From Sphagnum compactum (lineage: Eukaryota): a stretch of 64,000 nucleotides of DNA. Within the stretch, counting starts at the first letter, position 1. The number at the start of each line of letters is the position of its first letter. Location of the stretch: positions 12,638,213 through 12,702,212 of the forward strand of contig OZ234493.1 in NCBI GenBank assembly GCA_965153455.1, written 5' to 3'. The notes under the pieces are model-generated. The model made no database searches. It had not been told where the DNA came from and worked only from the letters and a program-made list of their open reading frames with translations. Below are positions 27,482 through 40,776 of this stretch, in pieces. A program made the translations under genes and the position numbers.

Positions 27482-30400
27482 GCATACGTATGTATATTGT
27501 TCATATAATGAATCTCAAAAATAATATTTGAACTTTGAATTTTTTATTCATATGAAAATTGATATTTAAATCTGAAAATTATTATTTCAATTGTTTCAAA
27601 CATTATTTGAATTTCAAATTTTTGATTTCAATATGATGTTTTCAATTAAAATTTTTATCTAAAAATATTTTATTTAATTTTTTTAAAATTGATATTTGAA
27701 TTCTAAATAAATATTTTTGAATCCAAAAATTGGTATTTCAAATCAAAAAAATTATTGATTGATTACAAAAATGGACATTTTATTTTTGAATATTTTTATA
27801 TGAAGATGAAATTTTATATTTTGAATCTAAAAAATATGAATTTAAATTAAATAATTATTTGATTTGAACCTGAAATTTCAATTCCAAATTATTATTTTGC
27901 ATTCTCAAAATTCATACTTCAACTTTGAAAACTTATCAATTGAGTCTAAAAATGGATATTTCAATTTTGAAGATTGTTATTAGAATCCGAAAATTGACAT
28001 TTCAATTCTGGAAATTGTTATTAATATTCAAAAAACTTATGTGATCTAAAAATTGATATTTGAATTCTAAATTATTTGCATTTGAAATTTGATATTTGAA
28101 TTTTGAAGATTAAAATTTCAATTTTAAGAAATTATTTGACTTGAAAGTTAAAATTTGAATTCCAAATTATTATTTTGGATTTTCGAAATTAATATTTCAA
28201 TTCAGATAATTGTTAATTGAGTCTTAAAATGGACATTTCAATTTTGAATACTGTTATTTGAATCTGAAAATTGACATTTCAATTCTGGAAATTGTTATTT
28301 AAATTCAAAAAAATTATTTGATTTAAAAATTAATATCTGTATTCTAAATTCTTATTTTTGAATCTAAAAATTAGTATTTCAATTCAAAAAACTTTATTGA
28401 GTCTAAAAACTGACATTTTGATCTAAAATACTTTTATTTGGACTAAAAATTTGATATTTGAATTCTGAAGTATAAAATTTCAATTTTAAGAAATTATTTG
28501 ACTTGAAAGTTGAAATTTGAGTTCCAAATTATTATTTTGGATTTTCGAAATTAATATTTCAATTCAGATAATTGTTAATTGAGTCTTCAAATATATTTTT
28601 TAATTTTGAATATTATAATTTGAATCTGAAAATTGAAATTCCAATTCTGAAATTGTTATTTAACTTCAAAAAGCATATTTGATCTAAAAATTGATATTTG
28701 ATTTCTGAATTATTATGTTGGAATCTTAAATTTATATTTTAATTCAAAAAATTATTGATTGAGTTTTAAGGGTTTTTTTACTAGTGATATCCATGATAAA
28801 TCACTTTTATAAATAATTATAAATGATTATGTCTATTAAAACTAAATTACACTAAATAATTATTGTTATAATATATATTTGTATGTTATATAATTTATAT
28901 TCTTATATTAGAATAAATAAATAAATATAATAATGTGCCATTACTTTAAAATCCTTTTAATTATTTCAGATAAGAATTAATTAGTATGTGCATAATTATT
29001 TTCTAATTGAACATAATTATTCACACTCTGTAATTTATAACTTCAAACCTGAATTAAAAATTTGGAAAAATTACAATGTAGTTAAAATAAGTATTTTATT
29101 GATTTTAATTTCACGAGTTACTATATATTATTATTAAATTATTTTTTATTCTGTGATTAATCATCAACAATAAATATTTTATAGTATTTTTATAGTAATT
29201 ATGAAAATTAATGTTATGTTTAGCAAATTATTATATTTATAGTTAACAATTACCAAGAGAAAAAAATTACTTGATCTATAATAGTTTTTACAACAATAAA
29301 TGTAATTATAAAATAAGTAATGTAATTAGTTGAATAATAATTTTTCAAAAATTTGTTACTTTCTAATAGCAATTGTTAATTTGTTATTTATAATTTTAAC
29401 ATAAATATTTCAAATATTCTACATTAATTATATCATATATAATTTGATCAGATTGCAAAAAGTAATAAAACATTTGAAAATATTTTAGTTATTTAATTAT
29501 TTATGAATTATGTGAATAACTAGATAGCTAGTTTGTCAAATATTAAGAAGTTATTACTTATTTAATTAATTGATAATGAATATTGAATATTTGTAGTGTA
29601 TAATTTATAATTTAAATATATGTAAAATAAATCATTATTAATTAAATGATTATCTAGTTATCTAGTACTTGAATTGTCTAGAAATCTAAAAACTAAGAAA
29701 GTAAGGCATGAAGAAAGTTTTGGAATTACAACTTAATTTGTGAAAAAGTTGCAAGTTCAAAACTTATCCCATATTGTTTGTTCTGCATTCCTATTTTGAA
29801 CACTATATAAACGAGGGGGGTGTGGTCATCCAATTTCACATTAAGAAATTTGTGCACATGGGATGAGCTATTAAAAAAACTCAACCCAAAACAAAAAATA
29901 AATTATGCACATTTCTAAAATATTTACCTTCCCAACCTACTTATCAACCTAGCTAGGTAGGTACCTAGTTTGACCTACCCACTTAGGTTGACCTATGTAC
30001 CTACTTACCTAAGTACCTACCTATATGAGTAGGTATTTAACTTAGGAACGTAAAACCTACCTACCTATTTTTAAACTTAAGTAGGTAGGTTGGTATGTAG
30101 CCTAGGTTTGTAGGCACCTATTTATGTACCTACCTAGGTACCTACCAACCTAATATTAATATTTTATTATATTATTTTTAATGCCGCATGGCATACTTAC
30201 ATTGGGCCATGTATCATAATATAAGATCATCCAAGTATTTGAATTGAACGTCCTAGATTATTTCAAAATTATTATTATTATTATATTTTAAATAATCAAA
30301 TATTAAGACACATGGCAGCACATCATTTGCCCTCAATTGTGACCAAAATAATTGCATCCTAGTCGTATGTGACAATACGTATACAATGGAGTCAAAGGAT

Positions 30401-30570
30401 GAAATGTATTTGTTGACTTTTTCTTTCATACAATACCCTTTGTCATTTGCGACTAGTTTATCACATGCGACTTGTTTTAGGCAACTAAAGGGATTTTAGT
30501 TGCAAAATGTCTCTTGCGACTAAAATTTAGTCGCAAAGACTAGTCAAAAATACATGTTTTTCTTCTAGTG
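27144..30570. mobile_element. Non-autonomous CACTA (En/Spm) DNA transposon carrying an AT-rich satellite
   Basis: Left end CACTAGTAGAAA (27144), right end TTTCTTCTAGTG (30570), 3-bp TSD AAA/AAA, subterminal (T)GCGACT/AGTCG repeats at both ends, no transposase ORF. Confidence 0.85.
27520..28765. repeat. AT-rich satellite (~20-22 bp subunits, ~362 bp higher-order duplication) inside CACTA element 1
   Basis: Repeating AATTGA(T/C)ATTT(G/C)AATTC / TTATTTGAATCT units; the block at 28091 recurs nearly identically at 28453. Confidence 0.85.
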
Positions 30571-30886
30571 AAAGGAGTCCAAAGGTCATTATTTTTTATG
30601 TTTTGTTGCCATCAAAACTCAAGGAACAAATTGGTTCTAAAAAATAGACATTCGTTAAAAATCCTTGCTTCAAAACATTGTACCCAAAGTAGAATTCAAG
30701 CCCCAAACCCATAATTCCACAATAATATTTCTCTTTGGTTTCACAAAACCATTATAGTTTCTTGTAAATATGGAATTTTTTTATAATTCACCTAACTTTT
30801 GGATACCCCACAAGCAAGGTAATAAGGTCTCCGAATAGGGAAGGAAGAATCTATGTAATCCATTGCAACTCATAACAATTTTGAGC

Positions 30887-31582
30887 TTCCACTTAAGAGT
30901 TGTAAACCTTTATGATGTTTTTATGCTTTAGTGACTTCAACAAGTGTATTTCAAAATGTAAGCGTTCAAGATCCTTCGGACTTTGCAACACATCTTGTAT
31001 TTTGACTTGATTCCATGCCACTTCATCAAAAACATGGTAGCTGCAAAAGTAGCAAGGGATAAAACAGAGGAAGCCAACCATGACAAAACACATGGTAAAA
31101 AGTTCACTATCAACATATTGAATTAATTGTGAAACAAAACTCATCATCTATCCACTATCATGTCCCAAATTGTGTGGATACAAAAATTTGAAAGCTCCTT
31201 TGCCCAACACATCATCATATTACATTACCATGCCACACAAAAGGGGGGGGGAATTACTTTTTAGTTCTTGAAAAAATCTTGTTTAAAAAACCATAAGAAT
31301 CAAGCCCTTAAAAACATTAGTAGAAAACCCCTATTTCTACATGACAATCCTTGTAAAACATGTTTCATCATGATTAATAAACATACAGAGCATGAAAAAC
31401 TCTCAAAGATTCGAGAAAAATAGTCCATGGGAAAGATAATTCATGTAAGAGAAAGTTGGAATAGCTAGCTTACCACAACAACCCGTGGGGTCAACTTTAA
31501 CAAATTCAATGGCATCATCTGCATCCTTATTTGGAGGTTTTGCACAACTATTTGCATCGCAATCGGACTTGGTTTTTAGCAT
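30887..31582 (-). pseudogene. WNK: WNK kinase N-terminal fragment (3 exons, introns retained, truncated)
   Basis: EFVKVDPTGCCGK (~31510-31468), YDDVLGKGAFK (~31219-31187), [48 protein letters not shown] (31040-30893) match plant WNK subdomains I-IV. Lesions: stop at the conserved W, in-frame deletion before VAWNQ, acceptor AG->AA. Confidence 0.88.
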
Positions 31583-32634
31583 TGTGATGCTTGCAATTAG
31601 ATTTGTTATATCACCAATCAAAATTCAAAACACACAAACAATGTTCAAACTAAAAAAATCATGCTCCCCTTGTTAAAAAAAAGTTTTTGATAGAGTAACA
31701 TCTTTTTGGTCCTTCCTTTTCATAGTTCTTTTTTACCTATGTTTCTCTTCAACAACTAGCACAACTTTACATAGCAATATCCACAAAGATAGGATTGTTT
31801 TGCAATAGATTCTCCAAAGTCATGATATTGTTGATTATTGTTCCTTTAAAATATAAAACTCACAATCTCCTTCTTTAGATTCCTACAATAGAATCACCAA
31901 AATTGGAAAACAAAAAACAACCTCAATATTTTTTGGTGGATAACATCCAACAATTCCATCTCCAATTTGTCCACCTAAAATTACTATTTGCTACCAAGAG
32001 CCTATGAGTGCCCAAAATTAAACAAGAAGAGATTACATTTTGGAATCAAAAATGGGGAAAAGCTTGGTCCTTGGGAAGTTGTTACCCATCTTGTGTCTTG
32101 ACTTGCTCGTATGCTTTCAATGAAAAGGAACAATCAATACCTAAAGATGGAATATCAAGTTTGTAACATCAAACCTGTTGAGAAAATCTTACAATCTTAT
32201 CACCATTCCAATATCCACTAAATCATACATTGTTGTGGGGAACTTGAAGTTATATGTACTTGAATGGCAAGTAGATACTTCAAGGGGCCTTTAGAAGGGT
32301 TTGGGAAAGCATGTCTCTAAGGACTTGACACTAAAAACATGCAAAATACATAAACATGTCTATGATCTTGTAGATACAATTCCCCACTACCTTTGATAAG
32401 AGGATCAATTTGCAAACATAGGCCAATTGCACCAAGATTCCACCATTTCTGTATTGGACTATGGGGTTTCCATGAATTCACATGGTTCATTGGTGGTTGA
32501 GAGTAATATTTTAAATGCAAAAAAAAAAAAACTTATAGTTTTCCTTATCTATAAGTTCTTTGACAACAAAGTACAAAACTTCCAAGTCCCCTACCTTAAT
32601 ATCCCAATGAAGCATGGGGAGAAAAATGACACTA

Positions 32635-34689
32635 CAATAGAACCTGTCTAAGTTAATACTGCCGGGACCGGGGGTTCTGTATTAATTTGGACATGATATT
32701 AATAAAGAGAGGGTCATTAAATAATTCTCCGCTCGCGCCATTTGTAACATTTGTGAGCCGTGCCGTTCACGTTGGGATAACAGCAACCCACAACCACAAC
32801 TGTAGCCACAACCAGAACCACAACACAATGGCTTCAAAGAGGTCCACCAATACGAACATGACCAACGAGGTTCGGATAGCTCTTTGTGAGCACAAGAAAA
32901 AGCATCCATCGCTCACGCAAGCAGACTTGATCACATGGCTTTAGGAGACGCATAACATTTATGTCAGTCAGGGAATGATTTCTCTGACGCTCAAACGCTC
33001 GGCTGAAATCCTTGCCAAGAAGGAGGATGTGAACTGAGCGGCAAAACGGCAGCGGATCATGAAGTACCCACTGATGGAGACAGCTCTGTACCGGTGGTTC
33101 CTCACATACCAGGACCAAGTCAATATGTCAGGTGACCTCACCAAAGAGAAGGCTGTGTACTTCCTTGCCGAGCTCTACCTTGGCCACGGGGCCTTTGAGT
33201 TCTCAAATGGGTGGCTGGAGGCATTCAAAAATCGCCACGGCATCAAGTCCTACCGCCGCTTTGGGGAGTCTGGATCAGCCAACATGGCTGTGATTAAAGA
33301 GAGCTTGCCGCATATTCGTTTGACTCTGGATCAGTATGAGCGGCGTGACATCTACAACATGGATGAAACTGGATTGTTTTATAGAATGCACGTAAGTGCA
33401 GCATGATACTGTATGCCCACTGCCAAACCATCGACTTACTTTCACTAACACATGACATCTCAATAGGCGAACAATTCCTTGGCCATAAAGCACCTTGAAG
33501 GACGCAAACAAAACAAGGAGCATCTCACGCTGGTTGTGTGCTGCAATGCTGATGGCTCGGACAAGCTTCCACTTCTTGTCATTGGCAAATACGAAAACCC
33601 TCGCTGCTTCAAAAACGTCAACCGAGACAACTTTGGATGCAAGTACCAAAGCAACCCGAAGGCCTGGAAGACACAAGTCATCTTTCTCGAGTGGCTGAAA
33701 GGGTTTGATGCGCGGATGGCAGGGCGTAATGTTCTTTTGATTATGGACAACTGCAGCGCACATATCCCGTTAATGCAGCTCGCATCTGTTGTTACATTCT
33801 GTAACACAACCGTGTTCTATCTGCCACCAAACACGACCTCGAAGATTCAGCTCTGCGACGCAGGAATTATCCGAAGCCTCAAGGCTTACTATCGACGCCG
33901 TTTCAATCGCCTCCTCATTCAGCGCCTTCAGGACAAGGTAGCAGACCCCGAGAAGATCGACGTCCTCGAGGCTATGCACATTGCTGTTGCAGCCTAGAGC
34001 ATGGATGTGAAGCCAGAAACAATCCACAACTGCTTTCGCCATTGCCGAATTCTCACCACCGATGCTGATGTGACACCGGTCCTGGAAGAGCCGCTTATTG
34101 ACCCTGAGGTGATCAAGGACCTCGAAGAGCAGGTTCAAGAGCTTCGGTACCGGAACCCAATGGATATTCGCAATCTCATCGACTATCCTGCTGAGCGCAA
34201 AGTTGCTTATGTTCTGACTCAGGAGGAAATTGTGCAGGACCTCTCCACCAATCCTGTGCCGGAAGATGAAGTGGAGGCCGACGACAGTCAAGAATCCATT
34301 CTTGTGAAGGCAACTGAAGCACTGCTGTGTGCAAGTTTGCTGCAGCAGTTCTGGATGCAGCAAGACATCGTCGACCATGAGATGCTTGCTGGCATCCAAA
34401 CAGTCAAGGACAAGATTAGCATTATGAGGTCTAGCAAGCTCGTTCAGAAGCCAATCTCGGAGTATTTCTCCAAGGTTTAGTTGCCCAAATGTAGAAAAAT
34501 TTGTGTCAAATCTATGTCTGCCATAGTGGCTATCAATATAAAAAATTTCGGGACCGCCTGTGGAGTATCAATTATTAACTTTTGGAGGTTTATTAATAAA
34601 TGTATGGGGCCCGACTTGGGACTGGACCGCACATATTAATTATCACAGGTTATTAATTTAGGCAATATTAATTTAAACAGGTTCTACTG
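32635..34689 (+). mobile_element. pogo/Tigger-family (Tc1/mariner superfamily) DNA transposon, full length
   Basis: ~29-bp TIRs CAATAGAACCTGTCTAAGTTAATACTGCC / GGCAATATTAATTTAAACAGGTTCTACTG, TA TSD (32633-34, 34690-91), internal CENP-B-type transposase. Confidence 0.95.
32828..34480 (+). pseudogene. pogo/Tigger transposase (CENP-B HTH + DDE_1), one 75-nt intron, three premature stops
   Basis: One frame from ATG 32828 to TAG 34480 with FEFSNGWLEAFKNRHGI, IYNMDETGLFYR, LLIMDNCSAH, YLPPNTTSKIQLCDAGII. Intron 33392-33466 (GTAAGT...CTAAC...AATAG). Stops at ~32942, ~33035 and ~33995. Confidence 0.92.
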
Positions 34690-37689
34690 TACCATGGAGA
34701 AAAACTTGCATAGTTGATAAGTAGGACCCCCATTGCTTTTGATTTGCTTGTTGAGAGCCCAATAATAGTCTTTGGGGCATTTCCACAAGGTATCAAGAAC
34801 ATGCCCAAGTATAGGGACATCATTACATAAATTACAATAACAAAGAATGTAAGCCCCAATTTATACACAAATTTTATTCAACACTTGTAGGAAGATGTCA
34901 TTGTGAATTATGTTTGAAAAATGCAAGATGTCAAAAGGTCAAATATACCTTCTCAAACAACTACAAATGGTCATAAATATAAGGCAAGAAACCAACTAAT
35001 AAACCAAAAACCAACTAATACATACCAAAAAACAAAAACATCAAGAAAATCTTAAGCTTTTATTTTTATTTTTTTATAAATGTCATTTTCTCATCACCTA
35101 TTCCATTACTTTTTGTTTCTTTGCAATTATTGAAATTTATCATGGAAGGAATTTTAATATTAACTTTTCTTGATGTTTTAATTATTGAACAATTTTTTTC
35201 AAGAATTCTGAAGACTTCTCATTAGAGGTCTTGACTAAGGAAGATCCCCCTTTCTACATGGGATCTTTAAAATTGGGATTTAAAAGAGCTTATTCAAAAA
35301 TTTGACAAATGGAATAATTTGCAAGTTTTCAAAAAGTTGGGAGAGATTAATATCTCATGGCAATGTAAACTCAAACTAGTTCTAAGGACATTTTTTAATT
35401 GCATAGGACAAGTTGCAAAGGACATTATTTCTCATAGTGTTGTATTAGGGAATGAACTTGAATTAGAATTAAATAAAAATAAAAGAAACATGGCATTTTC
35501 AAGTTGACATTTGAAGTGGAAGAATTTATTTTTCTAGACCTACCAACCAAGAATGTAGATGAAATAAGAAATGGAGCCAACAAGAAGGACAACATCCCAA
35601 GCTACCACAAGTGTGACAAATGCAACTACCAAAAGAAAAATCAATTATTATTCAATAATAATTGTGTATGTAGCTCACAAATGCCAATTGTGGTTAAAAA
35701 AATTGGTTGTTCCTTTCTCTATAATGAATGGTTCAATCAAGTCTTGTCTCAAAATTCTTTTTTTTCTTTATGTTACTTCAGTAATTGAATTTCAATATTT
35801 GGGTTCCAATGCACCTATTATAGGAAGGAAGTTTCATAAATTTGTTGAAAAGCACAATATCACAAATGACCTCCAAAAAAAAAACTATGCACTCTTTCAA
35901 TAGTAATATAAAAATATAGATTGGGTGTTCTTGAGCTTGAGGTTTTTTGTGAATGGTGTACTTACAATTCAAAAAACTAGCATAAGCAATTGATAAAGTA
36001 ATGATTCCCCATCAAAACTTAATTAAAAACACATAACCACGAAAGGTGTCAACAACCCCATTCACATTCAATTATAGAGGCATTAGACATAATTTTTGAC
36101 TTGATGATCATCATACATATTTATTCTATTTGGTACACAAGACTATACATTGCCTTGCTAGGTACAATAATAGATTACAAAACAATAAAAACATGTATGT
36201 CAAAAAACTAGTGTTGCTCTGGTACATAGGTCTATGACTAGTATGAATACAAGTACTGGAGCTTGGTATGAGGGAAAAAAACCCATAGGTTAATACATGT
36301 TCAAATCTCTTTTCTTCAACAGTTCTTTTCATAGGCTCATCATGTATGGCTACTAATCCCACCATGGCATTCAATTGCACATAATCATAGTTTGAACCCC
36401 AATTTTTAAAAGTCAATGGTAAATATGCATTAGCATCCATTAAAGTTTTTTTAATAACACATTTAGTTTTCAGATAGTATGGGAACCCTAGCAACAAGGA
36501 AAAAATATGGCTTACTTTAATTTGTCACTTGTAACAAGCTTTCCATCAAGAAATACTTTAAGGAATTTCCAACCTATAAGAGCTCTTCTAGTGGTGTCTG
36601 AAATACAAAGGAAACATTTTTGCTTCAATTGTCACATGACCCATAGGAACAACATTAAATGTTTATTGCTTATGCTTTGCACCCAAATGAGAGTATTTAT
36701 GTCATGATTCCTTCCAACAACCACATTACTTAATGGGGCAAGCTAAATCTTTGTTCTAGATATTCTTGTCTAAACTTGTAATTTATGCCTAGAATCTAAA
36801 AAAACATAATATGAACTTGAGAGGTGTGGATTTTCTACACAAAAATGAAGCCGACATACATACATTGGGAAGGAATCCTTGAACAAAATTCCATAGTAAT
36901 TTTTCTTTGGTCTAACAAAACCATTATATCTTTTAATTGGAAATGTGGAATGTTGTTATAATTCACTTGACTTCTGGATACCCCACAAGCTCAAGGCAAT
37001 AAGGTCTTAGAACAATGAAGGAAAAATTTATGCAATCCATTGTAACTCATAGCAATTTTGAGCTTCCATGACTTTTAAAAAACTTGACTCATAAGTTGGT
37101 CTAACAAACCTTTTGGGCTATTAATGCATAGTGAAATTCAAATTGTTCTATTTGGAATTCTTGTAAATCCAATTCCCAAAATGTTAAACACAAGCAAATG
37201 CATAAAAGGTAGGTTGGGTCATCATAAGAAGTTGTAAATGAAACACATCAAAATTGTTTACCTCCACTACTAAAATTCTTATTTTTTCAAATTGATCAAA
37301 TTGATTAGATGGGTCTTTTTGACTAGAGGACATGCATTTTCAACTAGAGGCCAAGGGCTTGAATGACAATGGGTATTTTTTTATTAATCAATTTGACAAT
37401 TAATCAAATCGGACATCTAGTCAAATTGGATTTAAAAATATCACCTAGTCAAATTGGTTACTTGCCTAGTCAATAAAACCACCCAATCTAATCAAATTGG
37501 CAAGTGCCCTAATCAATAATGACACTTATCAATAGAGCTAACTAAGTAGGCCTAGTCAAAGTGACCAATGACCTAGTAAAAAAGGCCAATTACAAATTCT
37601 AATATTAGCTCGGTATCTGGGGATGACATTTAACATTTTGATTATGTTTGACCAATTAGAAAAAAATTGAAAACTATAAAAGTTAGCTA

Positions 37690-39640
37690 ATCATAACTAA
37701 ATGAATCATGACCAAATTAATTATGATTAAATTAATTATATACATATGGTTTATTTAACTATGGTTAAATTGATTATATTGAAATTAATTATGGTTAAAC
37801 TACCTATGAAAAACTAAATAAAATTAAAACTAACCATAATTCATCTAACCATGGTCAATTTAATCATGTTCAATTAACCATAGTTTGTTTAATTGTATAT
37901 GTTTTAACCATTTAATTTAACCATGATTCATTTATCCATAATTAATTATTTCATAAAATTTCGGCCAAATTTGGTTTAATTATGGCTAGTTTAGCCATAA
38001 GTAATTATAAATAATTTAACCATGGTCAATTTAACAATAGTAAGTTTAGCCATGATATTTAATTTAACATAATTAATTTAACCATTACTAATTGGGCCAT
38101 TGTTGGTTTTGCCATAATGAATTTAACCATGGTTATTATAAGCATAACTAAATTAGTTATATTTATTTTAAATAAATTATTATTTTACTTCAATAAATTT
38201 AACCATATCAATAAACCCATAATTAATTGAAAACTACTTTTAATTTAGCCATGGTTGGTTTTGCAATAATTATTTTTAACACTTTTATTTTAGCCATAAT
38301 TATTTCACTCATACTTATTTTAGCCAAATTCATTTTATTCATGGTTACTAGTTTAAATATGGTTGGTTTTGCCATAATTATTTTTAACATTTTATTTTAG
38401 CCATAATTATTTCATTCATGTTTATTTTCACCAAATTCATTTTACTCATGGTTAATAGTTTAACCATGGTTGGTTTTGCCATAATTATTTTAACCATGTT
38501 TATTTTAACCATAATTATTTCATTAATGTTTATTTTAGTCATAGTTAATTTTTTCATAATTGGTTTTTTCATAAAATATTTTTTCATTTGTTAATTTAAC
38601 GTTATTAACTTTACTAATGGTTACTTTAGCCAAATTTATTTAATCATGGTTAGTTTAACCATGTTTAATTTTTCCAATATTATTTTAATCGTTTTGATTT
38701 TAGCCATTATTATTTCATTCATTTTTATTTTAGTCATAATTATTTTTTACATAATTGGTTTTGCCATAAATTATTTATTAATTTGTTTGTTTATCCATAT
38801 TAATTTTATTCATCATTAGTTTGGCCAAATTTATTTACTCATGGTTAGTTTAACCATTTTTAGTTTAGCCATGGTTGATTTTGCCATAAATATTTTAACC
38901 ATTTTTATTTTAGCCATAATTACTTCATTAATGTTTATTTTAACTATAATTAATTTTTGCACAATTGGTTTTGCCATAAAAATTATATTCATGAGATAAT
39001 TTAGCCATATTAATTTTATTAGTAGTTAGTTTAGCTAAATTTATTTACTCATGGTTAGTTTAACCATTCTAGTTTAACCATGGTTGATCTTGTCATAAAT
39101 ATTTTAACCATTTTGATTTTAGCCACAATTATTTCATTAATATTTATTTTAGCCATAATTTATTTATGCATAGTTGGTTTAGCCATAAAATATTTATTCT
39201 TTGGTTAATTTGGCAATATTAACTTTATTCATGGTTAGTTTAGCGATTTTTAGTTTAATCACAATTGGTTTAACCATAAAGCGTTTAGTTAATTTGACCA
39301 TATTTATTTTATTCATGGTTAGTTCAATCATTTTTCCAATTTAGTCATAAAATATTTATTCATTGGTTGGTTTGGCCATATTTACTTTACTTATGGTTTG
39401 TTTAGCCATATTTATTCATTGGTTAGTTTGGCCTTATTTACTTTATTCATAGTTAATTTCACCATATTTATTTAGATATGGTTAATTGAACCATAATTAT
39501 TTTAAAAAAATTGGTTGGTTTAACCATTATTAGTTTAATAATCATTAATTTCGCCATAATTACTTTAGTTGTGGTTGGTTTAAACATTATTTTACCAATC
39601 ATTAGTTTTGCCATAATTAATTTTTTCTAGGTTAAATTAA
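37690..39640. repeat. AT-rich minisatellite array (15-bp unit TT(A/T)(G/A)CCAT..., ~195-210 bp higher-order period)
   Basis: Over a hundred degenerate TTAACCATGGTT/TTAGCCATAATT units; a block recurs at ~38506, 38701, 38911 and 39120; the spurious ORF 38384-38587 shows 5-aa periodicity. Confidence 0.9.
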
Positions 39641-40625
39641 CCACCTATTTAACTTATGTAATGTAAGTATGTGGCTAAATAACCTAAATACAATTAGCTT
39701 ATGTATAGGTGTATTTATTTATACATACCCTACCTATACTCCACCTATTTACCTATATTTTAGCTTATCGGTAACCTAATTATATAAGCTAGGGTAGGCC
39801 ATTTATATACCTATGATAAATTACTAGTTGGTTAACTAGTTATTTACATAAAATGCACTAATGAATGTGTAATTAAATAGTTAATTATTAATTATTACAA
39901 ATACATCATTGATAATATACAATGAATTAGGTCAAATTTGTAAGGATTGGTTATAATTTGGTTGTAATTATCAATCAACAATATTAGTTCATTATAAATA
40001 TCTTGATTTTTAAAAAAATTCAAGGACTTATAATATGGTTGTTATTATTAATTATAATTAAATAACTAGACATTAACTATTACTAATTTTTATTTTTACT
40101 TAATTAACATACATATTTACCTACCTATTTATTTATTTAATGTATTTTACATAATTAATTAGGAATAATGTCATGTGAATTAAAAGGCTCTAGTGTTGTG
40201 TGGACATGAAAATGTTTCTCCCTCCCAAAAGTTTGTCCCATATTGTTTATCATCCTTTCCAAATGATGAGTAATGTAAATAGATGCACCATAAACATCCA
40301 AGACATAAGAAATATTTAAAAAAAGAAGGCCACTTGGGATGAGCCAATTGAAAAGGCTCAACCTTAAAGGCCAAATTCAAAATGAAATAGGATTTTCCTA
40401 CCTAGGTCATCTAGGTGTAGGCTTAATTTAGGTGGTGCACATTTAAACCTAGTAAAGGTCATAAGTTAAGTTGCCTTAGCCTATTTTAGGCTTCTATACC
40501 TAGTTACTAGGGATAACCTCTTAGACCTAAGCCTATGAACTTAGGTTGTAAGTTCCTAGACATAGGGACCTTAGGAATAGGTATTTCATTTTAGATCTAC
40601 CTTAGGTTATTTAGGTTTTATCCTT

Positions 40626-40776
40626 GTGGCATAGCCTAGATGGCCAATGTTTAAATGTCACGTGGCATAACCTAGGTGACCAATGTTTAGATGCCATGTG
40701 GTTTAACTTGGGTGGCCATTATTTAAATGCCACGTGGCTTAATTTGGGTGGCCACTGTTTAAATGCCACATGGCAT
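40626..40776. repeat. 36-bp tandem repeat x 4 with a GCCACGTGGC-like palindrome, inside CACTA element 2
   Basis: GTGGCATA(G/A)CCTAG(A/G)TG(G/A)CCAATGTTTA(A/G)ATG(T/C)CA(C/T) units. Confidence 0.85.

Noticed and set aside
33770-34399. 209-aa antisense ORF in the pogo element
   Set aside because: Expected shadow ORF of a GC-rich coding strand; no independent motif.
38384-38587. Periodic Met/Lys/Ile-rich ORF
   Set aside because: Translation artefact of the 15-bp satellite.
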